Made by a program: the position numbers and the translations under genes
In this document: piece by piece, positions 1 to 12,178 of the stretch
Layout: each line of letters opens with the position of its first letter
Numbering within the stretch: position 1 is the first letter of the stretch
The notes under the pieces: model-generated
Database searches by the model: none
What the model was told of the DNA's origin: nothing
The model's input: the letters and a program-made list of their open reading frames with translations, nothing else
Assembly: GCA_004431415.1 (NCBI GenBank)
Contig: QPMI01000549.1
Location: 1-64,000 of the forward strand
Origin: Cyanophora paradoxa CCMP329
Taxonomy: Eukaryota; Plantae; Glaucophyta
DNA length: 64,000 nucleotides
Direction of reading: 5' to 3'

Positions 1-651
1 TCGGCGACCGCCAGGCCCTGGTACCGAGTACTCCGGGGCAATCGCTAGCGCGAACCGTCGGACGACGGACGCGGCGCCGGCGATCGCTTAAAAAAGGCCC
101 CGGCCCGATCCGAGCCCATGGCCGGCGGGCATAGTGAACATAGTGCCAAAATGTCGCCCCGAAATCACGGTTTTTAGAAGGATCGGAAGAAAGCGCGCCC
201 AAGCAGGACCGAGGGGCGGTTCCGGCACGTACCTACTGACTCAGAGCTGCTTGCGCTGGGCCCGCCGGCCGACGCCATGAGACCCGGTTGAGAGCTCGAA
301 TCCCTGCGCGCCGCCTTACAGCGGCCGAGGATGGGGCGAAGGCTGCAGAATTCGATGATGTGCACCTCGGACAAGCGAAAGCGCGTAGCTAGCGCGCCGC
401 CGGCGCCGCGGGTGAGCCGATGAAGCCAGCGATGTGTACTCCTCGCGTGCGCGGGCGCGGCGACGTCGCCTGCCGGGCGGGCGTGGCGCCGCGGGCTGAG
501 CACGGCGCGCGCACGGCAGTGCACATGCGCATCGGGCGGTGTTGACGTTCGCGCGCTGCAGCTGCATGCATGGCGCCGGCCGGGCGCGCGGAAGTTGGTT
601 TTTTTTGCTATTCGTCCCCCCTGCGCTTCTCCCCCCCCTTCATTCCCCCCG

Positions 652-675
652 AAGTTAGCCACCGGTGGCTAACTT
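652..675. repeat. Perfect 24-bp palindrome AAGTTAGCCACC/GGTGGCTAACTT
   Basis: Read directly; it lies near the 3' end of the unknown minus-strand gene. Confidence 0.9.
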
Positions 676-765
676 GCGATCGAAGGGTACAGGGATCACC
701 CTCCTGAAATTGATCTCTTACAAAACCAACGCTGTCGTAGAACCCTACACTATCTGCAAGCGGAA

Positions 766-3700
766 TCAGGCAATCTGCAGTCCTACGAAAGCCTTGCACC
801 GCTGCAGGAGCCCTTTTGCCTGCTCTTCGTTCGCGAAGATGTCAGGATGCCCGCGCGGGGCGCGCGGAACCACTCTGTGGAGGCGGCCACAAATGGTGCG
901 CATGCTGTGGGATCGCGCAGGTGGTGGCCACTGCACACCACCCGGCCCCAGCGCGGGGAAAACAGGACCTCCAGGACGCGGTCGACCCGGCACTTCGCTT
1001 TGAAAGTAGACCCAGCGGTCGTGCGCGCGTTCATCTGGTATGCTGGATCAGAGAGCTCGACGATCGCATGCACCACCCTGCAACCAGTGTCATGATCGGC
1101 ACGCTGCGCAACGACACCGTTACAGATAGAAAAAGGAAAGGAAAGGAAGAGAAAGTAAGAAAGAGAAGGGGGGAAGAAAGACAGAATGAAAGAAAAGAAA
1201 GGAAAGGACGCACGGCCAGTGGTCCCACTCCAGGTTCTTGAAGCTCTTCAGGATGTGCATGATCGCCTCCGGCGTAACGTTCACGTCGTCGAGCCGTCGG
1301 ACTTCGCATGCGACGGTGCATGCACCTAGGCCTTGCCGGGCCGTGCACGCCAGGTCTCCGTCGTTGGGTGGGAGTCGGGCAAGAACCTCCACGTATGCGC
1401 GCACTGCAGGGCTCGAGGCTCTCGCCCCGCGCACCGCAGTTGCGATTTCCGCAACGCTGTCGCGCACTGAACGATAGCCGTTCTCCTCCCGCGTCATTGC
1501 GGGAAACATGTGCAGCTTCGCCTTCAGGGTGGTGCTCATCTGGTTAAGGAAGCGGTTCTCGGTGTTCGCGACTCTGCGACGAGAAATCAGAAAAGACCGC
1601 TGACAGAGGACATGACGGGCGGGGGTACACATACCGTCTGTAGAGCAAGGAGAGGAGGGGTATTGGAATGGGGCGCTCGGCTGTTCCCATCCACACGGCC
1701 TTGTTCCGTCGCGTGTACGGTGGGCGGACGTACAGCTCGACCTCTTGCTCCACCTCCTCCATAATCCCCTGCGCATTTGGCTGCGAATTGCGTGAGCCGC
1801 CGCGACGACGATGGCGCCAGGAACGTGCTCACCTCCTGTACTTTGTCGACCCTCACCTTGAACGCGGTCGCCCCCAGTTCGTCCACCTCCGGATACTCCT
1901 CTCCGGAGCTGTGGGATCGGTCCCCGCGGTTCAAGAGGCGGTGATTGGGGACGTCCGACTTTGCACCGATCTGCTCCAGCGCCGCTGTGACTTGCTTCAG
2001 CGCTGGCATGCTGTTGTGTGATACACGGCCTGTCCCGTACTTCTCCTGCGTCGAAGTTCAGTTCATGTACGTACCCCCCCCACGCTCCCTTACCCCCCGG
2101 GCGCACCACTATCTCGGGCTTGGAGCGTATCCTTGTGAAGGCCTCGTTCTCCGGGTCCTCGCGATAGACAGCCGCCGGATTCGCGAGCGCCTCGTGGCAC
2201 GCCTGCCAAGAGACCGAAAGGCAGGCACGGTTCGGTTGTGGGTTAATCGCTAGGGGGTATCGAAGATTCTGTACCTTCAGCGGCCTCGGTGCTGGGTGGG
2301 GGGCTGCTCCGGGGTCCTCCCCGGCATCCCGCCTTGCCTCCCACTGAGCTCGGGCCCTCCTTGCATCTCCGTGTTCATCCTCGTCGATTGCCAGTGCGAG
2401 ATCGACGAGGCCCTTGAAGATGAGCTGGTTGATGGTTGTTGCCCACCGTCGGAATCGAGCGATGCGGACAAGGCTTGAGAAGAAGATGCCAATGGAGATG
2501 CTGCTCGCTGGCCCGGCAAGCAGGCGCAGGACCTCCATCCCACTCGTGCGGATGCGCTGCAAAGCCTTTTCGTCGATTGGTCTGCCGGCGCCGCTGTTGA
2601 CGTTCTTGTTTCCTGTTCCCGACTGGCACTTCTCCACCAGCCTCTTGACTTCTTCGAACTCCGAGAGACCCGCCCGCGCCTTTCTCTTACGCCCCTTCTC
2701 TCTTGGCATCTCTTGCGCCAACATGTCCTCCACAGCCGCTGCCGTAAGCTCGATACATGCATGCAACCTGTGACAGGAAGATCAGATCAGAAACGATGGC
2801 GTACCCCCCCCCCCCCCGCGGCCCCCCGCGCACCAAAGTTGGAGTGACTCGCCTTCGCTTGTCTGCTGTTGCGCTGACTGAAGTAAGCGGATCAGACTTC
2901 GGACTGCTCCTTTGCTTCTTCTGTTGTGCCTAGATTTAAAGCTTGCTGGCTGAGCCCGAGAGTTGCCTGCATGCGTGGCAGATTGACTTGGGCCTGACCA
3001 TTCTTAACCTGAGCGTGAAGTTGAGCTCGACGAAGTACAAGATTTAGATGAAGAATGTCACCTCCAGGAATGCATCGCAAGAGACTGAGCTCGAGCTGGC
3101 TCGCGCTCCATATCTGCCTCTGCAGGTCGCCAGGCAAGAAGTTGTGTGAGCACCGCTGCAGCTGACCGGATATCGCCTCGGACAGGAGCTGCAATGCAGT
3201 TAGACCACAACGAAGCGCCACTTAGCAGTCATTCAAATGCAACTCACAGTAGAATCAAGCGACTCGCCGCCTGACTGACCAAAGAAGTACGCTCGATCCA
3301 TTGGGAGAGGTACAGCTTCGATTGTACAGCATACGAGCGGCTATCTGCACGAGGCGCTGCGGGTTCCTGGAACTCCAGAGCCAAGATTACCTGCACACAA
3401 AGACACAATCAGCAGATGCAGCAAGCAGCAAGCATGTCAAACTTGCCAGGTCTATTTCACGCAATCTCCTCTCACGGGCGTCAGATCTTGTTCTTGTAGA
3501 ACCACTTGGCTCGCTCCTTTAGCCAATCGTGATGCTTGTCTCGCATTTCCTTGTCCACTTCGCATTGCCCGTGCTCGCCTACAGAACCAAGGCCAAGAAA
3601 TGCGCACTGCATCGGCATTCAGTACATTCACACGATGGAGAACACTAGAAGCTCACATCAATGTCAATGAGTTTCCTCGTAATGCGAAGAACTCTTTGTC

Positions 3701-4201
3701 TCGTCACCGTTGCCGTCGTTTACATTGCGTGCAGCCTCTTGCTGGCGTGTCGACTCGAGCGCCCCTAAGATCATATTCAGAACAGAATCGCAAGATAAGT
3801 TGCAGTAGAACTGCACCGAGCTCAGAATTGCTTCAGAGCATTGAGCTCGTCCAGGGTCCGGTCCCGGGCCGGTTCGCCGCGAAACCGCACTCGGCAAGAC
3901 CTAGCCTGAGCTTGAGCCGCCTGTGCTGTTATCTCACGAGCATGAGCTGACATCATAGGTACTCTGACAAATCCGTGCACCAGATCGAGCCAATCAACAC
4001 AACTTTGAAATATGTCGCTCGCTGTTCTCCATTCGTTTCCACGAACAAGTCCCGCAGCGCTTGCAAGGCTTGAGGTGGGGGCAAGTTGATGAGAACGCCC
4101 TCTACGTAGTGCAGCATGGGGTCCAAAGCTGCACAACATATGAGAGATGCAGCAGTTAGGCCTCCGGGCTCGTGCACCAACATCGTGGCGGCGGTGTACA
4201 C
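766..4201 (-). CDS. Multi-exon gene (or degraded, possibly TE-borne gene) of unknown function; boundaries uncertain, may extend to ~5450
   Basis: Several protein-like, non-low-complexity minus-strand segments separated by GT/GC..AG introns: ORF 1120-2766 (EDMLAQEMPREKGRKRKARAGLSEFEEVKRLVEKC...), 1587-2009, 2892-3221, 3953-4201. Visibly lower GC than neighbouring housekeeping genes, with apparent frameshifts. No domain recognised. Confidence 0.35.
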
Positions 4202-4204
4202 TGG

Positions 4205-4430
4205 GTCCGGGGCCGGGGGAGGGGCAGGGCCGGGGGAGGGCAGGGCCGGGGGAGGGGCAGGGCCGGGGGGAGGGGCGGGGTCGGGGGGAGATGGAGGGGC
4301 GGGGCCCGGGGGATGGGCGGGGTCGGGGGGAGGGGCGGGGCCGGGGGGAGGGGCGGGGTCGGGGGAGATGGAGGGGCGGGGCCCGGGGGATGGCGGGGTC
4401 GGGGGAGGGCGGGGCCGGGGGGAGGGGCGG
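4205..4430. repeat. G-rich ~18-21 bp minisatellite (gggggaggggcRgggYcg), G-quadruplex-prone; second copy ~12499-12728
   Basis: Tandem units visible directly; reads PGPAPP/PDPAPP on the minus strand. Confidence 0.85.
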
Positions 4431-4830
4431 GCAGTACCCTCTCCCGCGTCGCACGGCCCCCGCCGCGCCGGTCAGCGTGGGGACAAGCTCAAGGCTGGAG
4501 CGAGCGCCGCCGCTTGCCGTGCTGCCCCGAGCCGCCCCGAGCCACCACCCGCCGTGCGGCCGCCAGAAGGGGATTGGGAGTGAGCTGGAGGTCCACTCCA
4601 TCTCTTCCTCCCAAAGAGAGTGCTCCTGGGGTCGACATGCTGCGGAGTCGGGCATAAGACACCGAAAAGCAGCGATCGCTTGCCAATGAGAAGGCGGTGG
4701 ACGTCAAGCCCGCGGCGACCGTTAGAACTGAGAACCCAGAAGCGTCGCCGGCCCAGCAGCTCTTTGTTAGAGTCGGACTCGCTGGGTATGGCGCCGAACA
4801 CAAAGCGATCGCCGAGCAATGAGAAGGCTC

Positions 4831-5431
4831 TATGCGCGGGGCAGATCTAGCGATCCAATTGAATAGGGAATCTCTATGCGAGCAAGCTCGCAGCGCTACG
4901 GGAGGCGGGCACGCACTGCAGGCGTTGCGTTGGCTGGTGCGACGAACTTGAAGCAGCTCCTGTGCAGCGATCGCCGGTCTATGCGCGGGGCAGATCTAGC
5001 GATCCAATTGAATAGGGAATCTCTATGCGAGCAAGCTCGCAGCGCTACGGGAGGCGGGCACGCACTGCAGGCGTTGGCGTTGGCTGGTGCGACGAACTTG
5101 AAGCAGCTCCTGTGCAAGCGATCGCGGTCTATGCGCGGGGCAGATCTAGCGATCCAATTGAATAGGGAATCTCTATGCGAGCAAGCTCGCAGCGCTACGG
5201 GAGGGCGGGCACGCACTGCAGGCGTTGGCGTTGGCTGGTGCGACGAACTTGAAGCGCTCCTGTGCAAGCGATCGCCGGTCTATGCGCGGGGCAGATCTAG
5301 CGATCCAATTGAATAGGGAATCTCTATGCGAGCAAGCTCGCAGCGCTACGGGAGGCGGGCACGCACTGCAGGCGTTGGCGTTGGCTGGTGCGACGAACTT
5401 GAAGCAGCTCCTGTGCAAGCGATCGCCGGTC
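4831..5431. repeat. 151-bp tandem repeat, 4 units
   Basis: Unit tatgcgcggggcagatctagcgatcc...caagcgatcgccggtc starts at 4831, 4980, 5130 and 5281. Confidence 0.95.
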
Positions 5432-5444
5432 AGATTCATTTGGG

Positions 5445-6625
5445 GCTAGCACATGTACATGTACAGGACAATTCAAGTGGCTCGAATTCAGTGATTCATG
5501 ACTATTTCGCCACCAAGTCGATTTTTTTATTTGGACCGGCCGGTCGCTGGCGCCAATGGCAAGCCGCCGGCCCGGCGCCGGGCCGGCGCCGGCCTGGCGC
5601 CAAGCCGTTGAAGCCGTCCGGGGGCTCCGGGCCCGCGGCCGCGGGCCCCGGCCCCCGGGGGCGATCGCTATCCGCGGCCGGCGCCGCTAGTACTAGTGGC
5701 CGCGCGCCGCGGCGCGGCCGCATGGCATGAAAAAATTTGCTCGGATCATCGGATAGGTCCGGCCGCGGCCAGCTGCAGGCAGGAGGGGGTTAACGTTGCC
5801 CTCCTCCCGGCCCACGCGCTGGCGCGGCCGCATGGCATGTTAGCCGGCGCATGTTACATTGCGCAGGCAAGATTAAGCAAGACCACAAGACTAATTATAA
5901 GCAAGACTAAGCCGGGGCCGGCATGCGCAGCCGGCGAGGGCCGCATGCGCAGCTGCGCATGCAGGGGCGGCCGCCGGGCTACTAGTACGTATACTAGTAC
6001 TACGTATACCTAGCTATAGCCTGGCAGGGCTACCGGTAGTGCCTAGCTATAACAAAGTACCGGTATACGTATAGCCTGGCCGCGCGCGCGGCCAGATGTA
6101 AGCTATTGCTTAATCAAGCGCTAGCCCGGCGGCCGGGCGGCGGGCGCCAGCCATTCATGTCACTTGACATTTCAAGCTAGGGGCTCGTGCTGAAAAACAA
6201 GTTTTTTCGATTCATGAATTTGTAACGCTCGCGATTATCAAATCAATCCGAGTCAATCGCACTGCCGCAGTAGTACGCGGCAGCCTCAGCCGGCAGGCGC
6301 CGGCAGCACGGCTGCAGGCTGCAGCTGCAGGCCAGTGTGCAGGCACTGCCGCAGTGCAGGGCCTGCAGCTGCAGGCTGCAGGCTGCAGCGGCAGTACATT
6401 ACTGTACATGCAGCCTGCAGCCTGCATGCGCAATGCGCATATGATGTACATAACTCTGCGGCGTACGCGTGAGGCTCAGCTTGGCAGTGCAATGCTCTGC
6501 AAGTTTGCAACCAGGCTCAACGGCTCGGGCCGCTCGCCGAGTCGCTCAGAAATTTTGTTTCGCATTGCAGGAGTCGGCGCAGCTTAGCGGCAGCCCCTAG
6601 TACGTACTAGTACTTGTAGCTGCAT
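5445..6625. other. Non-coding region saturated with short palindromic words (second copy ~13452-14642)
   Basis: For example actagtacgtatactagtactacgtatacctagctatagc (5981-6020) and runs of ctgcag/gcatgc/tgtaca (6310-6450). No credible coding frame. Confidence 0.7.
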
Positions 6626-6870
6626 CCGCGCAGGGGCCGATCGCGACCTTCGGCAAGTCGACGGCAACCTTAAGTTTCGGATTCGCACCGGCGCAGCGAC
6701 ACGGACATTCGAGCTTCGGAAGTGCGCTCCGCGATCCGCAGATCCGGTGCCCCCGCATCCCTCCGCAAGGCTTGCGAGTCGGAACGCGCGAAGCAGCAGC
6801 TTGCGGTGTGCAGCCTGAGCTTGGAAACTAAGCATGCGGGCCCATCTTCTTCCCTCGGTCGGGGGCGGGG

Positions 6871-9189
6871 ATGCCCGCGGCAGGCCCTCGGGGCGCTCCT
6901 CCTCCTGCTCGGCCTCGGCCGCGCGCATGTCCGGCCACGTCGCCCCTCCGCCGACTCCTTCACTGTCACGTGCGCAAGCGGCCTGCCGCCCTGCGCGGTC
7001 ACATATACTGCGAAAGGCTACATGCACACGCGGCGCGTAATAACCGGTTGAAGCGGATGCGTCGAGTTTCGTCGAGAGAGTCAGAATGCATATTTGCAAA
7101 TGGCTTAGATCAGGTCTGATTCCTGATGCGCAGCCCTCTACAGGCACGAAGGTAATGCGCAGCAACTGCGACGCGGCCAAGGCGGTCACTCCGGCCGACG
7201 CATCTCGCTTGGGCTCTCCACGGGGGTGAGCTCCATGGCCAGCGTCTCAAAATTCACTTGCCCCTCATGCGGATATCCGATGATCGAATTCGAGCGCAGC
7301 CCTATACCGTCGACGTTACGGCACTCTCGTGCTACAGCTCACAGACTCGGCTCACGCGAAGTCAATCCTGGTGCGTTCGGAGCCTTCAGATTCGAATTCG
7401 CTTGATTATATATATGCGAGCTCTCCATGCAATGATAATTATGCACTCAAGCTTCAAATTCCACAAAACAGATCAAAGACGCCAGCGGGGCCAAAGTGAA
7501 CCAGAAAGACTTATGACACCGTCACGAAACTTTCTTCGGTGAATACGGGAGGATTCAGGGGTCGGCGCGAAGGCGATCAAGGCGCGCTTCTGCTATTCTT
7601 CTGTGCCCGTGCACGTGTTTACGCCACTGAGCCACACATTGCTTTGCATTATTGTTGCAGGGCTTTTGCTATGGAGACCAGCTGTTCGCCGTCGGATATT
7701 ACGGCGACTTCGGAGAAGGGAAAGAGTGCTCGTCCTGTCAGCTCGGTGCTCACCGTAGGGGTTCTTTCAGGCGACGAAGACCCGCTCTAAGGTGCGGAGA
7801 CTGCAGTTATAAACTTTTGATAAAGAGAGCCGTAGCTGCCCTCTGCTCAGATACGGGGGCTCCTCCCATTGTGAGCGCCTGAACAAGGCCGAGCTGTACG
7901 GTGGACAGGCGCTGAGTTACAAGCTGGCGTGCACAACCGCCACTCTGAAGACGTCCCGGGGCTTCCGGATCCGTCGAGTACACGTGCGAATAATTTAAAT
8001 GATTCGCAGTTGGTATACGTAGGTCTGAAGCTTTTTATCTGCTTCTGTACATGTGCAGAGTGACTCGAAGAAAGAGCGGGGAGACCGGGAGCGGTTGTTC
8101 CGACACTTCAATTGTCATGCCGCCTGAAGACGCAAGCAAGTTTGGCGTCCCTCTCTCTGTGCGCCCGCATGTACAGCTTTAGGAAACTTGCACTAACGCA
8201 AACATTGTTTTTAGCCGTGGTATCTTCCGTTTACCTCGGACACTTGTGTCAAGCAGCCGCGGACCTCGGCAAAAGCGGTACGCGCATTTTTTTCGTGATC
8301 AAAATTAAATCACTTCAACGTCATCTGTAAACTTGCAATTGCGCTCGCCCAGGTCCGGGACTCGACTGGCGCCGTGCACGATCTGACAACTGTCCTCTTC
8401 CCTACCATAAGGCCCGAGTCGGAGGTCCGGATTCTTATCAAAAGGTGCAATGCGGCGCCGGCGCATTATTAATGTCCTGTGTCGCTCTAGATCTAGATCT
8501 AGATTTGTTTAATTTCGATTCCTTGTTCGCGCAGAGTTTCTGCGCCGGCGATGCCTACATCACTATGACTTTCACAGACGCGGCCTGCACTGATATTTCA
8601 CGTGGACCTGCTCCGTATGGTAGAGCCGCACCCTGGCCGATGGCTGGCATGTGAGTCGAATCGTCGCAATCGCAACGTTTCATCGATATACCGTATGTAT
8701 AATTCGATTTTGTGCTTAGGTCGGGCGGCCCGGGCGACTGTCGTCCCCTAGGGTTCAGGGCCAAAGAATTCACGGATGCAACCGACGGGAAGAGCGTGGC
8801 GCTGCACGGCAAGGCCGTCTGCAAGATCGTGGGCGCCGGCCCCGGGTCCGCGGCCGGGCCCTCGGGCTCCTCGAACTCGACCGAGAGCTCCTCGAGCTCC
8901 GGCCTCTCCGACTCCGCCAAGCTCGGCATCGGCCTGGGCGTCGGCCTGGGCGGGTGCGCCCTGGGCCCGCCCTCTAATATACATGAACGCGCTTGCACGA
9001 AATATGAAGATCTAAATTTCATCTCGAGCCTGTCGCGCATCCTTTAATTTGGCGGGACGCAGGGGCGCTCTCCTCATCCTCGCCGGCGTCGGGGCCTACT
9101 GCCTGGCCAAAAAGAAGCGCGAGCCGCGCCTCAGCTCCAAGCCCCACGGCGGCTCCGCCGTCCCCCCGCCCACTTCCCCCACCCTGTAG
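6871..9189 (+). CDS. Type I single-pass membrane protein: signal peptide, two related Cys-containing ectodomain repeats, Ser-rich stalk, TM helix, short basic tail (copy 1, frameshifted as assembled)
   Basis: Signal peptide MPAAALGALLLLLGL (clearest in copy 2). Spliced exons PYTVDVTALSCYK..|IKDASGAK..|GFCYGDQ.. and PWYLPFTSDTCVK..|VRDSTGAV..|SFCAGDA.., then SSNSTESSSSSGLSDSAKLGIGLGVGLGG|ALLILAGVGAYCLAKKKREP...PTL* with TAG at 9187-9189. Confidence 0.7.
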
Positions 9190-9666
9190 GCCTAGCTTCA
9201 GATCCCGCCGCGGCAAGCTTAAGGTACCGGTGCTATAGCCGTATACGTGCAGTATACGTAGGTTGCCACGCCCTGACCCTGCCAACGCTAGCTAAGGTTG
9301 GAAATTAAAAGCAGATGCTAGAGCAGCCTATCGCTATAAATATTGTTCGAATTCGATCCGATGATCAGCGAGGAGCAGCTCCTCGGCCCCCATTGACTCA
9401 GTGATATCGGTCACGCATATGCATATAAACGTTGATGTGTGCAATGTTTCATCGATGGACAGATCTAGAATTGTCATCTATGGGTTCTCACTAAGCCGCT
9501 GAGCAAGAATTACACTGTGACACGACTATACACTGAGAAGATTTAGACTCCCGAGTAAGAAAGAAAGATAAACAAGAATAAATTACGCATACGCATCCAA
9601 ATACAACAATGAACGATGCCGAGCGGTGCCACGACCAGCTGCGGATCTATTCTATAGTACAATTAA

Positions 9667-12178
9667 TTAGAAGCCTCCCGCGCGGACAGACCGGCGCGGG
9701 CAGCGGCGCACGCCGCCGTGCGCGTGCCACGGGCGCGCGCACGCGTGCACGCGCGGCTGGCCATGGCCTGCGTTCGGGCCGGCCCCGCGGGGCGCGAAGG
9801 GCGGGGCGGCGGGGTTGAGGGGCCGGCGCGCTGCGGCGCTGGCGGCGGCGGCGTGCTGCCGCAGGGCCGCTGCAATCGCCTCTGAAGAGAAGGGCACCTG
9901 CGGGGCGGAGTCAGGCGGGCCAGAAAGGGGTACGGCGGGATTCAGGGGGGCGCGCCTTGAGCTTCTTGGGGCGCGGGAGCGCGGGGCGCGGGGGGCCGGC
10001 GGGGCGGCGGCGGCGGCGGCGGCGTCGGCTTGGGCGGCGGCGGCCCTCGCTTCGAGCCCGAAGGCCTCGCAGAGGCCGGCGAGCGCCCCGGCCGCGAGCG
10101 CCCCGGCGGCCTCCGCCGGCGTCGGGAAGACCAGCAGCGCCCTGCGAACGAAGGGCGAGGCGAGGGTGAGGGGCGCACAGCTCCGAGGGGTCCGAGGGGG
10201 AGGCCGGGGGCACCTCGAGGACTCGAGGACGAAGCGGCGGATGCCGGGCGGGGGCAGCTGCGCCAGCGCCGCCGCCAGCGCCGCCGCCTCCACGCCGCCG
10301 CCGCCGCCGGCCCCGGCCCCGGCCCGGCCCCGCCCGCGCCTCGAGAAGCACGCCGCACGCGCCCGCCCTCGCCACCGCCTCCTGCCGCGCCGCGCGCCCC
10401 GTCAGCTCGGCCCCGCCGCTCGGCCAGCGCCCCCGCGCGCGCCGAGGAAGGAGCGCACTTCGAAGTCGCAGGGCCCGGCGCGCTGCTCCCGCGCGGCGGG
10501 CGCCGGCGGCGCCGGCGGCTCCGCGGCCGCCTCCGCGGCGGCCTCCTCCCCGCCGGGGCCGGGGGGCGTGCCCGGGCGGCCCCGGGGCTGCTTGGCGGGT
10601 ACAGGGCGGAGAGGGGCACGCCGGCGGCGACGCAGGCCGCCTCCACGTCGCCCCGCGCCTCGGCCCCCGCCTCCAGCGCCTGGTGGGCGGGCGGGTGGCG
10701 GGTTCTCGTCAGCGCGGGGGGCGGGGCGGCTCGGTCGGGCCGGCGCGCACGCACCGCGCGTGCAAGCTCGAGGAGACGCCTGCGGCAGGCGGCGGCCTCG
10801 GCGGCCGCCGCGGGCACGCTCGAGAGCGGCGCGAGGCCGGCGACGGCCGCCGCGAGGGCCCCGCGGTCGGCCCCGGCCCGCGCCTCCCGCCCGCGGGAGA
10901 GCAGCGGCTCCAGCGCTCCCGCGAGCGCCTGCGCGAGATCCGTCTCGGCCGAGGGCGAGGCGGGGCACGGGCGCCGTGGCGCGCGCACCCGCTCCGCCTC
11001 TGCCGTGTCGAGCTCCGCGTCGGCGCCGGCGGCGCGGGCGGCGGCGAGGCGGCCCAGAGGCTGGCGGGGCAGGCGGCGGCGCGCGCCTCGCGCAGGGCGG
11101 CCGCGAGGGCGCAGCGCGCGCGCAGCCGCGCCAGGCGGGCGGGGTCCGGGTCCGGCAGGAGCTCCCCCGAAAGCCCCTCGAGCCGGGCGCCGTCCCCGGC
11201 CCGCGCCGCCGCCTCCGCCTCCGCCCACGCCCGGGCCTGGCGTGGCCCGGTCAAGCGAGCGCGGGAGGGGGAGGGAAGGGGCCGCGGCGCACCGCTTCGG
11301 CGGCCGCGCTCGCTCCGCGGCGGCCGCCTCGAGCTCAGCTTCTTTGGCCCCCGCCTCCCGCGCCCCGCGCAGCGCCGCCTGAAGCCAAGGGCGCGTTTGA
11401 GAGGACTCGCGAGTGGCGGGGCGGGGCAGGCGGCGCCGGACCTCGAAGCGACGGTCGGCGGCCGGGTCGAGAGGCGCCTGGCTCGCGGCCTCGCGGACCG
11501 CGCGCAGCGCGGCCTGCAGAGGGGTCGGAGGTGAGGCGAGCGGGGCGGCGAGGGGGTACGGGGCGGGGACCTGGAGCCGCCGGAGGAGGCGAGGGCGGCC
11601 GGGGCGTCCCCCACCGGGGCCCCCGCCTGCGCTCCCCGAAGTCAGCCGCGCGCAGGCCGCGGGCCCGGCCCGGCCCGGCGCGGGCGGGGGGGCGGGCCTG
11701 GCGGGCGGCGGCGAGGGCCGGCTCGACTCGGTCCGGGTCCCCGCTCGCCAGCGCGGCCCGCAGCGCGCGCTCCGCCGAGTCCTGCCGGCGCGAGGCTCTG
11801 CGGCCGGCGCCAGCAACGGGACGGAGCCGCGCGCACCCGCCGGCGCTGCGCAAGGGCCCGCTTTCGCTCCTCCCGCTGCTGCTCGGACGCCTCGCGCGCC
11901 TGGGCCTGCCCCCTCCCCTCGGTCACGTGGGGAGCGGTGGCTGGACGGCCGAGGGGCGTACCCGGCAGGTCTCGCAGGCCCCGGGCGCCTCGGGGCACGT
12001 GCCGGAGGGTCCCGGCAGCGGCCCGCACTCCGCGCCGGCGCCGGCCGGCTCCACGTCGACGGCCTGTCCGAGGCAAGGCGGGGCGGCACGAGTCAGCCGC
12101 TGCGTCTTACACGGGCCGCTGGGCGCCGGGCGGGCGCACGCGGGGGCCCCAGAGGCGGGCGAGGTCGTCCGCCAGCGC
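9667..12178 (-). pseudogene. 5'-truncated duplicate of the 3' half of the ankyrin-repeat gene
   Basis: Near-identical to 17670-20183 but cut at the duplication junction, so it lacks the ankyrin exons and the start codon. Confidence 0.65.

Larger units (their letters stand above)
3886..12178. repeat. ~8.3 kb tandem segmental duplication, copy 1
   Basis: Sequence from cgcactcggcaagacctagcc (3886) to gaggtcgtccgccagcgc (12178) recurs colinearly at 12176-20183. Differences are mostly 1-bp indels and repeat copy number. Confidence 0.95.

Noticed and set aside
4831-5431. CRISPR-like array
   Set aside because: Units are 151 bp and essentially identical with no unique spacers; eukaryotic context with no cas genes.
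8169-8215. MYSFRKLALTQTLFLAVV as the signal-peptide start of a small gene
   Set aside because: The segment contains a branch point (cactaac) and a ttttag acceptor; it is better read as an intron of the gene starting at 6871.
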